Source of the DNA: Marinigracilibium pacificum
GTDB taxonomy: Bacteria; Bacteroidota; Bacteroidia; Cytophagales; Cyclobacteriaceae
Direction: 5' to 3'
Assembly: GCF_012926615.1 (NCBI RefSeq)
Contig: NZ_JABBNU010000010.1
Coordinates: 114,629 to 178,628, forward strand
Length of the DNA stretch: 64,000 nucleotides
Part shown: positions 9,050 through 18,567 of the stretch, piece after piece
Position numbering within the stretch: the first letter of the stretch is position 1
How the letters are laid out: every line of letters starts with the position of its first letter
The notes under the pieces: model-generated
Seen by the model: the letters and a program-made list of their open reading frames with translations, nothing else
Databases searched by the model: none
Told to the model about the DNA's origin: nothing
Made by a program: the position numbers and the translations under genes

Positions 9050-12000
9050 ATGCTATCAAACCTGATTAAATTTGAATTTTATTACCAAAGAAAGCAATTA
9101 ACATTAGTTGTTTTATCTCTGGTATTCATGCTTATTGGTTTACGTTTGGGCAGCCAGGGATTTTCTCCTGCTGATGTAAACTATGATTCATTTTACCAAA
9201 TTGGTTATATAACCGGAATCATGACACTGGGAATCCCCTTTATAGTTATGTTCTTTACAATCAGCGGTATAATTAGAGATAAAAAGCACCATTTTGAACA
9301 AATCATTTATAGTACATCTGTAAATAAGTCCCAATATTTCTTCAGCAGATTATCAGGAATACTTGTTTTTAGCATATTATGTTTTAGTCCATTTCTGATT
9401 GGCTTTTATCTGGGCACATTTTACCCTGGCTTAGATCCTGAAAAAATTTCCGGTTTCAATTTCTATAGCTATTTCAGCAATTGGTTCATTTTTATAATTC
9501 CGAATGTATTCATTTGCACTGCATTTATATTTACTGTATCACTTTTAAGCAAAAATGCTTTAGCTACATATGTAACAGGAATTTTGATCTATGCTATTTA
9601 TATGATGAGCTCATTAGTATTGAATTCACCAATAATGGCCCAATCAATACCTTCAACTCCTGAAGGACTCATGATTGCATCATTGGCTGATCCGTTTGGT
9701 CTGGCTGCCTTCTTTGAACAAACTCAATATTGGACTCCTTTTCAAAAAAATAATCAACCGATACAGTTCGTAGGATTCTTATTATGGAACAGAGTGATCT
9801 GGTTACTCATATCCATTGTGATTCTATATGTGGGCTACAATTATTTCTCATTTCGAAAAATCAATAAGAAATCTAAAAGAAATAAAATCAAAACAGAGCC
9901 AATTCCAAGTGTATCTTATAATTCGGTTTCACCAAACCAGTCGTTAATGATGAAATTTCTGATTATGAAATCTTTAATCAAATCAGATTTAAGCTTCATT
10001 TTCAGAAACCTGCCATTTATAGGAATTATGATAATCTGGGTAACTATGGTGATCGCAGAAAACTATGCCAGAATTGTTGATGGAGGGGAATATAACAATA
10101 GTATGTACCCAACAACTAGTCTTTTAATTGGTCATTTCACAAACATCCTGACATTTATATCACTTATATTGATCGTTTTTTATAGTGGAGAATTAGCCTG
10201 GAGAAATAAGGAAAGCAAAATAAATGAAATTATTGATTCAACACCTGTTTCAAACTATCAGATATTCATTTCCAAGCTTATAGTCTTAATAAGCCTGCCT
10301 TTTTCATTAATTCTTTCAGGAATAATCTTATCAATTTGCTTTCAATTATATCTGGGTTTTTATGAATTTAAATTGCCCCTTTATCTTTCAACATTTTATT
10401 TTTATGGTTTAAGACTATTATTCTATTGTTTTTTGGCGATATTTATAACGCAGTTAGTGTCAAAAAAATATCTGGCAATCGGAATCACAGCTGTTTTAAT
10501 AATACTTTTTGGAAGTTTTCCTGAGTACATAGGTATTAATACTCCACTTTTAAAGCTAGGTCTGGCCCCTATACCATCATATACCAATTTAAATGGCTTT
10601 AGTATTTCCTCCGAAGCTTTTCATTATTATGCCTGGTACTGGATATCTTTTGGATTACTCCTGTCAATTATTGCGTTTCAATTATTAAACCGAGGATATT
10701 CATCTTTAAAATTCCGGTTTTCGAGTATCAAATGGAATAAAAATCGACGGGTATTTAGCATTCTGGTAATAATTAGCTTTGTGGCCTCTGCAACAACAAT
10801 TCACTATCAGGTAAATATCAAGAACAAATACCTTTCAGTTACTGACATACTTGATCGAAAGGAACAGTATGAAAGAAAATTTAAACAATACGACAGCTTG
10901 AAAAGATTGAATCATCAGTCATGGAAAACAGTTATTGACCTGTACCCTACCGAACATCGTTATTCCGTAAAAGCCAAACATCAATTACAAAATAAGAATG
11001 AAGTCCCGGTTTACAAGGCTTTTATTAACGAACGCACAAAACTTTCTCATCTGGAGATTGAAAGAGGTTTGATTACCGATTATGATTCAATCCATGGCAC
11101 CTACATAATAGAGTTCAGGGATGGAATTTTACCTGGCGAAATAATTACCATGGAATATGCTTTGGAAAAAACATCCACTGGTTTCGATCCTGATAGATCA
11201 ATAATTGAAAATGGTAGCTACATCACTTTCAGGGATTTTGAACTAATGCTAGGATATAGTAGTTCCAAAGAAATAGAAAATGCCTTTGAACGAAAAAAGC
11301 GAGGTTTACCAGCAAAATTGACTATCCATGGAGATGAGCATCTTATAACCAGTGAGAGTAATGTTGAAAAAATCCCTTTTGAAACAATTATTTCTACTGA
11401 GGATGATCAAACAGCTATTGGCCCCGGAGATTTAATTAATCAATGGACAAGCAATGGAAGAAATTATTATCAATATAAAACTCCAGTTAAAGTAATTCCA
11501 ACTGTAGGTTATTTTTCAGCTAGGTATGGTTCACAAATGGATAATCACAGGGGAATTTCTATCGAACTATTTTATCATCCTGAACATGTCTATAATATTG
11601 ACCTTATTGAAGAAAGCGTAAAGCATACATTGGATTATTGCCTTGATAATTTTGGTCCTTACCCTTTTGATCATATTAGAATTGCCGAAATACCGGGACA
11701 TTGGCCTTTTGGTGGATTTAGCCATCCTGGAACAATCAGTATGGTTGAGGATCGCCTGTATTTAGTTGATGTCAGAAATACAGAGACCTTCAATCTGGTA
11801 GCCAAACGTACAATTCATGAGGTGGCTCATCAATGGTGGGGAGGTATTTTGACACCTAAAATTGTTGAGGGAGGTTCAATTTTCGTAGAAGGTTTTGCAA
11901 AATATACTGAGTCGGTAGTTATAGAAAAAATGTATGGCAAAGGAGCAAGCTGGCAGATTGCAAAAACAGCAAATGACACTTATTTCAAAGGTAGAGCTTA

Positions 12001-12601
12001 TTCAACTAAACCAGAGCCTCCAATTTATCTGGAAAACAATGAATCTTATCTGGCTTATGGTAAGCATTACACTGTCTTGATGGCAGTCAGAGAATTAATT
12101 GGTGAAAATAAGGTTAACCAGGCGATGAAAACTTTAATTGACAGACATCGAAATAATAATGGCCTTAATTTGATATCAATTGAATTAATCGATGAACTTT
12201 ATAAAGTCACTCCTTCAGAATATCATAGTTTAATAGATGACTGGTTCAAAAAGACAATCCGATATGATCTCTCTATAAAAAGTTCAGATGTAAATAAACT
12301 TTCTGATGGAAGATATGAAGTCACTATAGACGTTTCTGCACATCGATATGAAACATTAGATACCGGAGAAGAAAAGAAGATAAAAATCAGCGAACCAATT
12401 CCGGTTGGTTTATTCACTAAACACCCTTCATTGGTGTCAAACGATCAGGATATCTTATATTTTGAGTCCGAAACAATTATTGAAGGTGAGCAGAAAATGA
12501 AGATAATTGTTAATGACAGGCCTGAATTCATATCTATTGATCCGTATGGAGCACGATCTGACAAAAACATGTTTGATAATTTAATAAAAGTATCAGAATA
12601 G
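9050..12601 (+). CDS. ABC-2 type permease (~13 TM) fused to C-terminal M1-family zinc aminopeptidase domain
   Basis: N-terminal ~590 aa polytopic membrane region. C-terminal ~600 aa carries HEVAHQWWG (HExxH) followed by VEGFAKYTE, the M1/gluzincin zinc-ligand pattern. 4-nt gap to ABC ATPase indicates an operon. Confidence 0.75.
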   Translation: MLSNLIKFEFYYQRKQLTLVVLSLVFMLIGLRLGSQGFSPADVNYDSFYQIGYITGIMTLGIPFIVMFFTISGIIRDKKHHFEQIIYSTSVNKSQYFFSRLSGILVFSILCFSPFLIGFYLGTFYPGLDPEKISGFNFYSYFSNWFIFIIPNVFICTAFIFTVSLLSKNALATYVTGILIYAIYMMSSLVLNSPIMAQSIPSTPEGLMIASLADPFGLAAFFEQTQYWTPFQKNNQPIQFVGFLLWNRVIWLLISIVILYVGYNYFSFRKINKKSKRNKIKTEPIPSVSYNSVSPNQSLMMKFLIMKSLIKSDLSFIFRNLPFIGIMIIWVTMVIAENYARIVDGGEYNNSMYPTTSLLIGHFTNILTFISLILIVFYSGELAWRNKESKINEIIDSTPVSNYQIFISKLIVLISLPFSLILSGIILSICFQLYLGFYEFKLPLYLSTFYFYGLRLLFYCFLAIFITQLVSKKYLAIGITAVLIILFGSFPEYIGINTPLLKLGLAPIPSYTNLNGFSISSEAFHYYAWYWISFGLLLSIIAFQLLNRGYSSLKFRFSSIKWNKNRRVFSILVIISFVASATTIHYQVNIKNKYLSVTDILDRKEQYERKFKQYDSLKRLNHQSWKTVIDLYPTEHRYSVKAKHQLQNKNEVPVYKAFINERTKLSHLEIERGLITDYDSIHGTYIIEFRDGILPGEIITMEYALEKTSTGFDPDRSIIENGSYITFRDFELMLGYSSSKEIENAFERKKRGLPAKLTIHGDEHLITSESNVEKIPFETIISTEDDQTAIGPGDLINQWTSNGRNYYQYKTPVKVIPTVGYFSARYGSQMDNHRGISIELFYHPEHVYNIDLIEESVKHTLDYCLDNFGPYPFDHIRIAEIPGHWPFGGFSHPGTISMVEDRLYLVDVRNTETFNLVAKRTIHEVAHQWWGGILTPKIVEGGSIFVEGFAKYTESVVIEKMYGKGASWQIAKTANDTYFKGRAYSTKPEPPIYLENNESYLAYGKHYTVLMAVRELIGENKVNQAMKTLIDRHRNNNGLNLISIELIDELYKVTPSEYHSLIDDWFKKTIRYDLSIKSSDVNKLSDGRYEVTIDVSAHRYETLDTGEEKKIKISEPIPVGLFTKHPSLVSNDQDILYFESETIIEGEQKMKIIVNDRPEFISIDPYGARSDKNMFDNLIKVSE

Positions 12602-12618
12602 ATCTTTAAAAAAATCAA

Positions 12619-12652
12619 CTAAGGCATCATTTGGGTGCCTTAGTTAGTTTTA
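12619..12652. terminator. rho-independent terminator (convergent gene pair)
   Basis: Hairpin CTAAGGCA-tcatttggg-TGCCTTAG followed by a T-rich tract. Confidence 0.5.
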
Positions 12653-12901
12653 CCCAATTCTAGACTCAGAATACAGGTCATATGCTGCAATTAATGACTC
12701 CCTTCCGGTAGATTCCCCATAAGGTTCATACTGGCTAATTTTATCTCTTGATTCAGCATATACTGGCTTATAAACCATGTCAGCTTCATCCCAGATGATA
12801 AGCATGAAATGATAACTCAGTTTGCTTAAACGGCCTTCTTCCAACCAGTTATCAAATTGTTCTTCATCAAGTGATTTTGGAAACCCCGCACCGTCAAACA
12901 T
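12650..12901 (-). CDS. hypothetical small protein
   Basis: 83-aa ORF with no recognisable motif. Confidence 0.35.
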   Translation of the reverse strand: MFDGAGFPKSLDEEQFDNWLEEGRLSKLSYHFMLIIWDEADMVYKPVYAESRDKISQYEPYGESTGRESLIAAYDLYSESRIG

Positions 12902-12975
12902 ATCAATAATATTTATCTAATAATAATTGACCGAAAATTAGAAATAACCACAATATCGAGCAACAAATATTATAT

Positions 12976-13635
12976 CTAAATCAAATTATCATTCTGAGTC
13001 ATAATTAAAGAATCTAACTCCTCATTTAACTTCATAGCCTTTTTATATAAATAAATATGAGCATCTAACTCATTAATACTGAATATGAAATAATTTTTGA
13101 TTAATAAATTACCATCTATGGAACTGATTGCTTCACCTTTTTCATAATCAATTTGATTAACAATTAAAGGAAAGTAATTTTCATCAAGTGCCTGTAAATG
13201 ATTTTGTTGAGCTTCATCAATTACATTATATAGTTTGTATAATCTGGTTAGCTTTCTTTTAAGTGAAAGGTCAGTTATTAGCTTCAAATCACCACTATTA
13301 ATCATAGACCTGTAGGTAATATCATTCGGTGTAAAAAAATAATAATTGCCGATTTCCATAGCATACATAACTAGAGAATCAATAGATACAGTTGGCTTTT
13401 GATACAATTGTGAAGCCCTGATCATATTTTCCTGCTTACTTATACTATTACTGATATTTTTCTCTAAAAGTGAACGGTCTTCCTCTAGTTCATTTAAAAA
13501 TTCCCTGTAATAACCATTTAAAATATCTCTTTCTTTTTTTGAATCTGCCTGTGTGTTAAGCCAGAATGCAATTGATACACCAACAATTACAATTAATAAT
13601 TCGATTAGGTAATTGAAAATTTTACTTTTATTCAT
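12976..13635 (-). CDS. hypothetical membrane-anchored protein (single N-terminal TM, coiled-coil-rich)
   Basis: N-terminal helix LIELLIVIVGVSIAFWL. Remainder hydrophilic. No catalytic motif. Confidence 0.45.
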   Translation of the reverse strand: MNKSKIFNYLIELLIVIVGVSIAFWLNTQADSKKERDILNGYYREFLNELEEDRSLLEKNISNSISKQENMIRASQLYQKPTVSIDSLVMYAMEIGNYYFFTPNDITYRSMINSGDLKLITDLSLKRKLTRLYKLYNVIDEAQQNHLQALDENYFPLIVNQIDYEKGEAISSIDGNLLIKNYFIFSINELDAHIYLYKKAMKLNEELDSLIMTQNDNLI

Positions 13636-13731
13636 TCCAATGATCGTGATTTACAAATAAAATATACTTTAATTTTACCAACCACGATAAATAATTTTAA
13701 AAATTCTTGGCCTTAAATCAATTATTGAAGG

Positions 13732-13986
13732 TTATCTGTCAATCCAGGCTATTTTCACAATTTCATCAGTATCAATCCTGAACTCTCCAAATCTTGAAGA
13801 TCCATTTACAGTAATTGCCGGTGGCAGGGCTGGTACAACTAAGCCATCATACTCGATTTTTTCTGTGCCTTCAACTTCATGGCTAGCCAGCCAGACATCA
13901 ATAACACTTCCATTCTTCTTTATTATCTGCAATCTGGAGCCAATCGGAACCTTTTCAATAGATTTTTTTACTTCTTCCTGTGTCAT
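13732..13986 (-). CDS. hypothetical small protein
   Basis: 84-aa ORF. No motif. Confidence 0.35.
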   Translation of the reverse strand: MTQEEVKKSIEKVPIGSRLQIIKKNGSVIDVWLASHEVEGTEKIEYDGLVVPALPPAITVNGSSRFGEFRIDTDEIVKIAWIDR

Positions 13987-14052
13987 GTTTTTATTATCAG
14001 AACTAATAATTCCTGGCTGTTGTTTTAATAAATTTACTCAGACTATCAGGAA

Positions 14053-14712
14053 TCAACCTGGTAATCTCTTCCTTATCCACTTAATCTGACCATTATGATT
14101 TGACTCATGTTCGCATACATGAAACCACTTACAATAATTATTTGTGGGCCCCCAATACCAATCTTCGTCTACAGCCAAAAGCCAATCATCATCCCTTCTT
14201 TTGAATTCATCAATAGTATTTTGTCTCACTTCAGTAAGAATATCTATATAATAAGTAAGCTTATGTCCATTAATCTTATTTCTGGCAGTTTCCCCTAAAT
14301 TCATTGCGACATCCCATTGATCTTTAATCTCCTGATCCCAGGTACCCCATTTCATATTATCGAATGTATTCAATTGATAATACCTTTCTGTAGCCGCCAA
14401 ATGCAATAACATGGCTCCAATTGAATTCGAATCTTTATCAAAATGAAAATCCAGCTGGTCTTCGTTTAATTCCTTTACAGAATTTAAGACTGCACCTCTC
14501 ATCCAGTTCATCATTGAATACATTGAACCTATATGAGGAGAAAATCCTTCCTTTGGACCAATGATATTTACATTATCAGGATCAAAATTATTGGCCTTAT
14601 CATCACTCTTAGCAAACATATTTAGAGGAAAGGAAGCCAAAGACATTGTTAAGACTCCGGTTGATGTCATCATAAATTTCCTTCTGGAAACTGAACTGTT
14701 ATTTTTTTTCAT
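14053..14712 (-). CDS. DinB/YfiT-like (DinB_2) metal-dependent protein with twin-arginine-like signal
   Basis: SRRKFMMTSTGVLT twin-arginine-like N-terminus. HLAATERYY ... CEHESNHNGQI resembles the DinB_2 His triad. Confidence 0.5.
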   Translation of the reverse strand: MKKNNSSVSRRKFMMTSTGVLTMSLASFPLNMFAKSDDKANNFDPDNVNIIGPKEGFSPHIGSMYSMMNWMRGAVLNSVKELNEDQLDFHFDKDSNSIGAMLLHLAATERYYQLNTFDNMKWGTWDQEIKDQWDVAMNLGETARNKINGHKLTYYIDILTEVRQNTIDEFKRRDDDWLLAVDEDWYWGPTNNYCKWFHVCEHESNHNGQIKWIRKRLPG

Positions 14713-15009
14713 GTTGGTGTGGTTTGTTAAAATTTAAAATACAAAAATTATTACCATTACAGTTAGTATAATTGGAGAAAATGGTAGAGAAGTTCACCGT
14801 AAACTCTTGTTTTATGAATTTGATAATATTTTAATTATCAGAATGTTATAGATTGCAAAAAAAATAATCAGAAGAACTGACAACCATCATACTTAAAAAA
14901 AGTATAAGTATTGAATGATTGCCAGAGGATTCCAACTCATTTTAGTCCTCTTTTATTGAAATTTGTTTAATACTAAACTCCCTCAACTTTCGAGGAAAAC
15001 TTCCTTATT

Positions 15010-16224
15010 GTGACTAAAGAAAGAAAAGACCACTTATTACTGATATTGATTCTGGGATTGTTGACAACTGTTGGTCCTTTTTCTATCGATATGTATTTAC
15101 CTGCTTTTGGTGACATAGCTAAAGGTTTAAATACTGACATAAGTCGGGTTCCTCTGACACTTTCCAGTTTCTTTATTGGTTTAGCAATCGGTCAATTAAT
15201 CTATGGTCCTGTATTAGAAAAGTATGGAAGGAAGAAGCCTATCTACACCGGGATGTTGATTTATGTATTAGCCAGTATAGGTTGTGCATATTCAACAAGT
15301 CTCAACGAAATGATTGTTTTCCGGTTTTTCCAGGCATTGGGAAGTTGTGCCGGGTTAGTTTCTGCCAGAGCTATTGTCAGAGACCTGTTTAAAGGGAAAA
15401 TGGTTGCCAAGGTATTTTCAACCTTAATAATGGTTGTTGCTATATCGCCTATTATTGCTCCTACAGCTGGGGGATTATTAAATACATATTTTGGGTGGCA
15501 ATCTGTATTCATCGTCTTGGCAATTACCTCGGTTTTAATACTTATAGGAGCAGTAATTGTTCTTCCGGAGTCAAATTCGGGCAACAAAGCATATTCACTA
15601 AATATATTATCAGTTTTCAAAAATTATGGAAAGGTAATTAGCCATCCTGTATTCATTATCAATGCTTTGACTGGTGCAATCGCTTACTCAGGATTATATG
15701 CCTATTTGAGTGGTTCCCCACAGCTTTATATGGATATTTTGGGTTTAACAGAGCAGCAATATGGATGGATATTCGCATTAATTGCCTCTGGCTTAATTGC
15801 AGCAACTCAATTAAATAACAGATTCCTGAGAAAAAGGAATATGGATCATATAATAAAGAATGCTTTAACTGCTCAATGTATAATTGGAATCATTCTTTTA
15901 TTGGTTACGATGTTTATGGAACCAAACTTATACATTAATATAGCACTGATATTTAGTTTCTTATTATTCTTAGGATTTATATTTCCGAATGCATCAGCGC
16001 TATCACTTGAACCCATGGGACATATGGCCGGAAATGCCTCTGCATTGATGGGTGCTATTCAAATGGTGGTTGGTGCCGGAGCCTCAGCTCTTGTCGGATT
16101 ATTTGACACCAATGCTTACCTTCCAATGACTGTAATAATGGGAGTTTGCCCCGCAATTGCTCTCGGACTATTTTTATATGGTCATAAAATAGTTTTTCCA
16201 AATCTGGCTAGCCAAAGTAATTAA
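15010..16224 (+). CDS. MFS transporter, Bcr/CflA drug-resistance subfamily
   Basis: 12 TM. N-terminal LGLLTTVGPFSIDMYLPAFGDIA characteristic of Bcr/CflA. GxxxD(R/K)xGRK motif (YGRKKPIY). Confidence 0.8.
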   Translation: MTKERKDHLLLILILGLLTTVGPFSIDMYLPAFGDIAKGLNTDISRVPLTLSSFFIGLAIGQLIYGPVLEKYGRKKPIYTGMLIYVLASIGCAYSTSLNEMIVFRFFQALGSCAGLVSARAIVRDLFKGKMVAKVFSTLIMVVAISPIIAPTAGGLLNTYFGWQSVFIVLAITSVLILIGAVIVLPESNSGNKAYSLNILSVFKNYGKVISHPVFIINALTGAIAYSGLYAYLSGSPQLYMDILGLTEQQYGWIFALIASGLIAATQLNNRFLRKRNMDHIIKNALTAQCIIGIILLLVTMFMEPNLYINIALIFSFLLFLGFIFPNASALSLEPMGHMAGNASALMGAIQMVVGAGASALVGLFDTNAYLPMTVIMGVCPAIALGLFLYGHKIVFPNLASQSN

Positions 16225-16234
16225 TAATATTGAA

Positions 16235-16825
16235 TCAAAAATTCCCTTTGATAATATCATCATCAGTATCAAACTTCATGTCTTCACCTGAAGATATAAT
16301 TTGATACTTATCTTTTTCAATTAGGATATATTTATACTCATTGCCCCAGTAATCTGTGATCCAGTTTTTCCTTACAGGCTTTGCACTGGCAAATTTTATA
16401 TAGTCTTCAGGATATGAATTGTTTCTTGAATAATACCTTTCCAGTCCACCGGTAATTTCGTCCATTTCATTTATCGTATTCTTCTCATTGAAGTATACAT
16501 TTTCTGAAATTCCTAACCCTGATGAAATTGTTGAGTAACCTATTACGAAAAATACTGGTATTATTAAAAATAAAAGGATAAAAGTAAACCCTATTCCTTT
16601 CAATGCAGCGGCATTACCATCTCGATTTTTTATAATAAAAAACAAATCAACCAAAGACCAGATTAAAATAACTCCTGCAGTGACATATAAATAAAACCCT
16701 TCTAAAAGTAGAAAAGCCAATGCAAGTAAGGCTACCATAAAAATGCCTTTTAACACCTTTTTAACAATGATTTGTCCAAGACCAGGGATTACTAATGAAA
16801 GTAAAAATGGCAAAATGTATTTCAT
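16235..16825 (-). CDS. polytopic membrane protein with C-terminal GspG-like (T2SS pseudopilin) domain
   Basis: C-terminus YPEDY...AKPVRKNWITDYWGNEYKYIL...ISSGEDMKFDTDDDIIKGNF parallels the GspG core (YP...DPWGNxY...SLGxDG...DI). N-terminus has 3-4 TM helices instead of a prepilin leader. Confidence 0.45.
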   Translation of the reverse strand: MKYILPFLLSLVIPGLGQIIVKKVLKGIFMVALLALAFLLLEGFYLYVTAGVILIWSLVDLFFIIKNRDGNAAALKGIGFTFILLFLIIPVFFVIGYSTISSGLGISENVYFNEKNTINEMDEITGGLERYYSRNNSYPEDYIKFASAKPVRKNWITDYWGNEYKYILIEKDKYQIISSGEDMKFDTDDDIIKGNF

Positions 16826-17357
16826 AAAAAATCAGTTGATAATGACTAAAAAACTATTGTCTTCAAATTCCGGATCAATAATACATAATTAAAAGTTTAC
16901 TTTCAAAAGTGAATAAAAAAGTAATTCCTAAAACCTACTCTAAAATGAATCTGACTTAACAACAGATTTATCCCAATATGTTGTCTCTCCGTTTGTCAAA
17001 GGTATTGGTTAGAATTATACATTTTTATGGCTTAATTATATTCCCGCTCTCAACTGAAAATGGATCCCCTATTCCCGACATTTTGTTTTTACATGAAATA
17101 TTTAAACCTGAAATATCATTGTTCTTATTTTTTCGGTTATAAGTAAACATCAGCAAAGCTACCTCCAAACGCTTTTATTAAACTAAATGATAGAATATCA
17201 TATTAACCCACATATTAAGTATTCTAAATATAAAGAGGTAATTTAGCTATTCAATTTTATAAAGAACCTTAAATAATAATAGTTATGACTTGTCATCATA
17301 GAAGATTATAAATAATTTTGAATAAACGTTCTTTACTTGATTTCTTAATCAAAAGTG

Positions 17358-17565
17358 ATTGCGGTTCCCTCCAATTTGATTGGTAGGGATTAAAAGGGAA
17401 TTCATGTGACCGGATTATTTCCGGAATTCATGAGCTGACGCGCAACTGTGATTCTGACCTTTACAATTTATTTGTAATAAGATGTTATTATCTTGATGCC
17501 ATTGTACAATTATCAAATGTATGAGAAGGCTGATAATAATCAGATAAGCCAGGAGACCTGCCATA
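17358..17565 (+). ncRNA. cobalamin (AdoCbl) riboswitch
   Basis: AAAAGGGAAttcatGTGaccggattatttccggAATtcatGAGCTGACGCGCAACTGTga is nearly colinear with the E. coli btuB leader core (AGGGAATCCAGTGCGAATCTGGAGCTGACGCGCAGCGG). 3' B12-box AAGCCAGGAGACCTGCC at ~17547-17563. Confidence 0.85.
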
Positions 17566-17707
17566 ATCCACCTAATATTTTAGGAATTGACATTACTTTC
17601 GCGATTTAGAGTAATTAATGCTGTTCACCAAAACATCTTGAACAACCATTTTCTTTCTCTTAAAAGTAATGTGAAGTTAGGCTAAGAGCTTTATAAAAAG
17701 CTTAATT

Positions 17708-18184
17708 ATGACCTATATTAACATCCCCAGAATCCCACTTCATTGCTGGGATATTATTTCTTTAATGGAGGCAGTCCGTAGAAACGAAAAATCTAAGGAT
17801 TTAAATGCTTTAACACAATTAAAATCTAAATTAAGATGGAAATCAAACCCAGAAAAACTCCTGAGATCCCACTATCATGCGATTGTCCTGACTGATTACA
17901 AATTAAATATACATTGGGTAAATCAGGGATTTACCAAAATGACAGGATATAATTCTAAAGAGATCATCGGTAATACTCCTGCAATGTTTCAAGGAAGATT
18001 AAGCCTAAGGTCAACAAACAAAAAAATTCGAAGACAACTTTCAACTGGCAAACCTTTTACCGAGAGAGTGATCAACTACAAGAAAAATGGCCAGATCTAT
18101 ACCTGTGAATTAAACATTTTTCCTCTTCGAAATAAGAATAATCAAGTATCTCACTTTTTAGCATTAGAAAAAGAAATCTTATGA
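17708..18184 (+). CDS. stand-alone PAS-domain protein
   Basis: 158 aa. AIVLTDYKLNIHWVNQGFTKMTGYNSKEIIGNTPAMFQG...KNGQIYTCELNIFPL is a typical PAS S-box. No output domain. Confidence 0.6.
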   Translation: MTYINIPRIPLHCWDIISLMEAVRRNEKSKDLNALTQLKSKLRWKSNPEKLLRSHYHAIVLTDYKLNIHWVNQGFTKMTGYNSKEIIGNTPAMFQGRLSLRSTNKKIRRQLSTGKPFTERVINYKKNGQIYTCELNIFPLRNKNNQVSHFLALEKEIL

Positions 18185-18567
18185 CATTGACAAATAGAAT
18201 AAATAATTGTAGAACAAGCATCTTCAAAGCGGTATTTCCTTCAACCACAAATCACTATGATACCTTATTCGGAGGAACAGCTATGCAATTAATGGATGAA
18301 GTAGCTTTTATCACGGCAACCCGTTTTAGCCGTCAAAAAATGGTAACTGTAAGCAGTGATAAAATTGATTTCACCAAACCCATACCTGCCGGAACCTTTG
18401 TAGAACTTGTTGGAAATGTGGTAAAAGTCGGAACTAGTAGCTTAAAAATTGAAGTTGATGTTTTTATCGAAGAAATGTATTCGGAAAAACGAGAATCAGC
18501 CATTAAAGGACTATTTACTTTCGTTGCAATTGATGATGATAAAAAGCCAACTAAGCTTAATTATTAG
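18181..18567 (+). CDS. acyl-CoA thioesterase (hotdog fold, YciA/BFIT-like)
   Basis: HYDTLFGGTAMQLMDEVAFITATRF...VTVSSDKIDFTKPIPAG matches the 4HBT/acyl-CoA hydrolase pattern. ATGA overlap with the PAS gene. Confidence 0.7.
   Translation: MTLTNRINNCRTSIFKAVFPSTTNHYDTLFGGTAMQLMDEVAFITATRFSRQKMVTVSSDKIDFTKPIPAGTFVELVGNVVKVGTSSLKIEVDVFIEEMYSEKRESAIKGLFTFVAIDDDKKPTKLNY

Noticed and set aside
15010-15012. Start codon of MFS gene appeared out of register by 1 nt when hand-indexed (GTG vs TGA)
   Set aside because: Likely my manual indexing error. The ORF-track frame, consistent with the stop at 16222-16224, was trusted.
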